64,000 bases of DNA, from positions 32,001 to 96,000 of the IMG/VR virus record IMGVR_UViG_3300027969_000055. The stretch is one strand, 5' to 3'. The stretch is from a virus. How positions within the stretch are numbered: position 1 is the stretch's first letter; each line of letters starts with the position of its first letter. Under the pieces are notes generated by a model. It was given only the letters and a program-made list of their open reading frames with translations, did no database searches and had not been told where the DNA came from. Below are positions 61,631 to 64,000 of this stretch, piece after piece. Position numbers and translations under genes: made by a program.

Positions 61631-62050
61631 ATGGCAAAGGCTAAAGAAAGTAAGTACTACATCAACAATCGAGATTTTACTAATGAAATTATTCGGTGTA
61701 AACATGGATTACTTAATGAAGTTACTGGTTACCAGCACACAGCTGGAGAATTATCCCCTATTGCAATTAACTATTTTATAATTTTAGCAAATAGAGCAAT
61801 TCTAAAACTTAGATTTAGTAATCCACTAGATAAGGAGGACTGTATTCAGTCAGCCCTATTGGATCTACTTAGATATTGGAGAAACTTCAATGAAGAAAAA
61901 TCAAACAATGCATTTGCGTATTTTACGCAGATTGCAAAAAACGGATACGCAAAAGAATACAAAAAGATTTACAAACACATAGGTAAAGGTGAAAAGGTTG
62001 AATTTGTATCATTAAGCCATTCCGGCGATAGCGAAATTTATACAATATAA
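61631..62050 (+). CDS. Late-transcription sigma factor (gp55-like)
   Basis: YYINNRDF, NFNEEKSNNAFAYFTQIA. Confidence 0.85.
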   Translation: MAKAKESKYYINNRDFTNEIIRCKHGLLNEVTGYQHTAGELSPIAINYFIILANRAILKLRFSNPLDKEDCIQSALLDLLRYWRNFNEEKSNNAFAYFTQIAKNGYAKEYKKIYKHIGKGEKVEFVSLSHSGDSEIYTI

Positions 62051-62099
62051 ATCTGAATTTTACCAGCAGTTTATAAATCCACTAGTACTAACACCCTTA

Positions 62100-62107
62100 A
62101 TAAATAA
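62100..62107 (+). promoter_or_regulatory. Putative late promoter ATAAATAA
   Basis: About 24 nt before ATG 62131. Confidence 0.62.
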
Positions 62108-62130
62108 AGGTAAAGAGCTGGCAATAACTC

Positions 62131-64000
62131 ATGAACATTAATAATCTAGTATTTTTTGATAAAAACGGTGAATCTTATAACTTTTCACAAAACGCTGAAA
62201 CCGGTGCTTGGGAAGGTTCTGACTATTTTTTACCGATATCAACTGCACTATATGATGTTTCAAACTTGTTTATTCTTGAAAAGGTTGGATCCAACTATCG
62301 ATTCCCAGTTTTAGAACCAGGCTCTAAATTAACTGTTACTTGGCAGACGGCTGAGTCTTCTGATAATTTTTTCTTATTTACAATAGCAAAAGAGGATCAA
62401 CATACCGATTCAACTACCTACTTATCAAGACAATCTAGGCTTGATATAAATTACGAAGATCTTTCGCCAGGCGGATTTGTTAATCTGGATCTAGCCTATC
62501 CATTACAACTAAATGTAGGATTTTCTCCATCTGAAGAGGTTAGCTATAACCGAATCTTAAATATTCACTATGAAACCGGTTCAAGTAAGACACTAATTGC
62601 CTCTATTTACTTTTATGGTGAAGGCGAGGATGAAGATGAACGTTTTAGAATTTGGTTAGCCAATTTTGGAATCAAGTTTAATCGAGAAGACGCTCTTTTA
62701 CTAAAAGACTATGATCTAAAAGAAGGTTTACCTGACTGGAAACAAATTAACCAAGCCAGAAAGCAACTATTAGTAAACCGTGATCAAATTTATCCATATG
62801 TTGGTACCTATAAAGGACTTATTAATATTATTAATATTTTAGGTTATCGAGATGTACTTAGAGTAAAGGAATATTGGCAAGATCAGGACTCAAAGTCTGG
62901 ATACTATGGCAAATATGCAATGGTTGACGTTACTGATCTACTTACAACTGGTTCAATCGATGAATTGGATTTAGTTGATCTAAATGGCCAACTTAAAAAA
63001 GGCGGAAAATTTAAAAAGACCGAATTTCTTGCACTTGTTTATGAATTTTCAGTTGCCAGCAATGTTTATGACGATGATGGTGTCCCGGAAGTTGAATTTA
63101 CCACCGATTTCACAGTAGACGAAATATTTTATAAATTAAATCGCCTTTCTACCAAATTAAAAACTGAAATTTTACCAATAAACGTTGTAATTAAGGACGT
63201 TATTGGAGAATTCATATATTTTAGTAAATTTAATATTAGAAGTTGGTCAGATTCTGCAATAATTACTGAATTACAGATAAATGATGACTATAATACTGTC
63301 ATTAATCATCCATCTTCTAAATCTCAATTGCTATTAATTAGAGATATTAAACCTCTATACCCTAAGCTTAATGGAACTTCAGAATTTCCTGAAATTACGT
63401 TTAACGAAACCACAATTTTTCCATATCAAAATGGCCAAAAGTATACAATATCAGAAATGCCAAGTTTTATCACGGCTATTGCTGATTATTATACTGATAT
63501 AAACCGATATGACTTTGAATTACATGGACAAACCAATCCAACCGTAACTGGAGATGATATTGACGGAAAGGTAGGTTGCCCAATTACGCTTGAAGCCTAT
63601 ATTCCAGATTTTATGTTAGCGGATTTAGATGGATCAAAATTTGGTGATTTTACGGGTAGCCATTTTACAATAGGAAATATTCGATACCGTAACGGTTATG
63701 AAATTGAATGGAATATTACAGGACCTCAAGGTTATGTATTTAATTGGAGAAGCGCTCTTACTGACTTAGTTAAACTACCTCATATTTTACCTTATGTTGG
63801 AGACTATTCAATTAAATCAACTGTTTATGATTTACAAGGTGGTCAAAATGTTAGTTATTTACACACAACTGTCCTTAACGAAGAGCCAATAATTGAAGTA
63901 TTTATGAAGGTCCAAGATAAACCCAAATACCAAATTAAGGACTTGCATAATATAATGATTAAGGATCTTGGAGATAGTTCACTATATTTACCATTTGCAA
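62131..64000 (+). CDS. Large probable structural protein, runs off window edge
   Basis: Not in ORF track; begins MNINNLVFFDKNGESYNF and appears open to the window end; late promoter upstream. Confidence 0.7.
   Translation, partial: MNINNLVFFDKNGESYNFSQNAETGAWEGSDYFLPISTALYDVSNLFILEKVGSNYRFPVLEPGSKLTVTWQTAESSDNFFLFTIAKEDQHTDSTTYLSRQSRLDINYEDLSPGGFVNLDLAYPLQLNVGFSPSEEVSYNRILNIHYETGSSKTLIASIYFYGEGEDEDERFRIWLANFGIKFNREDALLLKDYDLKEGLPDWKQINQARKQLLVNRDQIYPYVGTYKGLINIINILGYRDVLRVKEYWQDQDSKSGYYGKYAMVDVTDLLTTGSIDELDLVDLNGQLKKGGKFKKTEFLALVYEFSVASNVYDDDGVPEVEFTTDFTVDEIFYKLNRLSTKLKTEILPINVVIKDVIGEFIYFSKFNIRSWSDSAIITELQINDDYNTVINHPSSKSQLLLIRDIKPLYPKLNGTSEFPEITFNETTIFPYQNGQKYTISEMPSFITAIADYYTDINRYDFELHGQTNPTVTGDDIDGKVGCPITLEAYIPDFMLADLDGSKFGDFTGSHFTIGNIRYRNGYEIEWNITGPQGYVFNWRSALTDLVKLPHILPYVGDYSIKSTVYDLQGGQNVSYLHTTVLNEEPIIEVFMKVQDKPKYQIKDLHNIMIKDLGDSSLYLPFA

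Overview
AT-rich, gene-dense segment of a large T4-like (myovirus, probably jumbo-class) phage genome, read in the standard genetic code. All calls are by motif recognition only; no searches were run. It holds replication/recombination genes (UvsW, UvsY-like, UvsX, gp41 helicase, gp46/47, gp32 SSB, RNase H, RuvC-like), nucleotide metabolism (NrdAB, dCMP deaminase, a thymidylate-synthase-fold enzyme, gp56-like dCTPase, HAD phosphatases), virion genes (baseplate, gp5, prohead protease/scaffold, major capsid, tail tube, sheath), chaperones (GroEL, GroES, DnaJ), a gp55-like late sigma, an S1-like protein and an Hc1-like protein. The scarcity of Shine-Dalgarno sequences and the Hc1-like gene suggest a Bacteroidota host (inference). 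Main findings: (1) a family-B DNA polymerase split into two genes about 38 kb apart; (2) about 15 unrelated proteins sharing a T4 capsid-targeting-like motif, suggesting a large packaged cargo; (3) a nested protease/scaffold gene with an internal late promoter; (4) a conserved AAACY-N16-TAnAAK promoter class; (5) signs of cytosine modification; (6) a phosphatase-kinase-ligase cluster; (7) a degenerate SET domain between gp46 and gp47.
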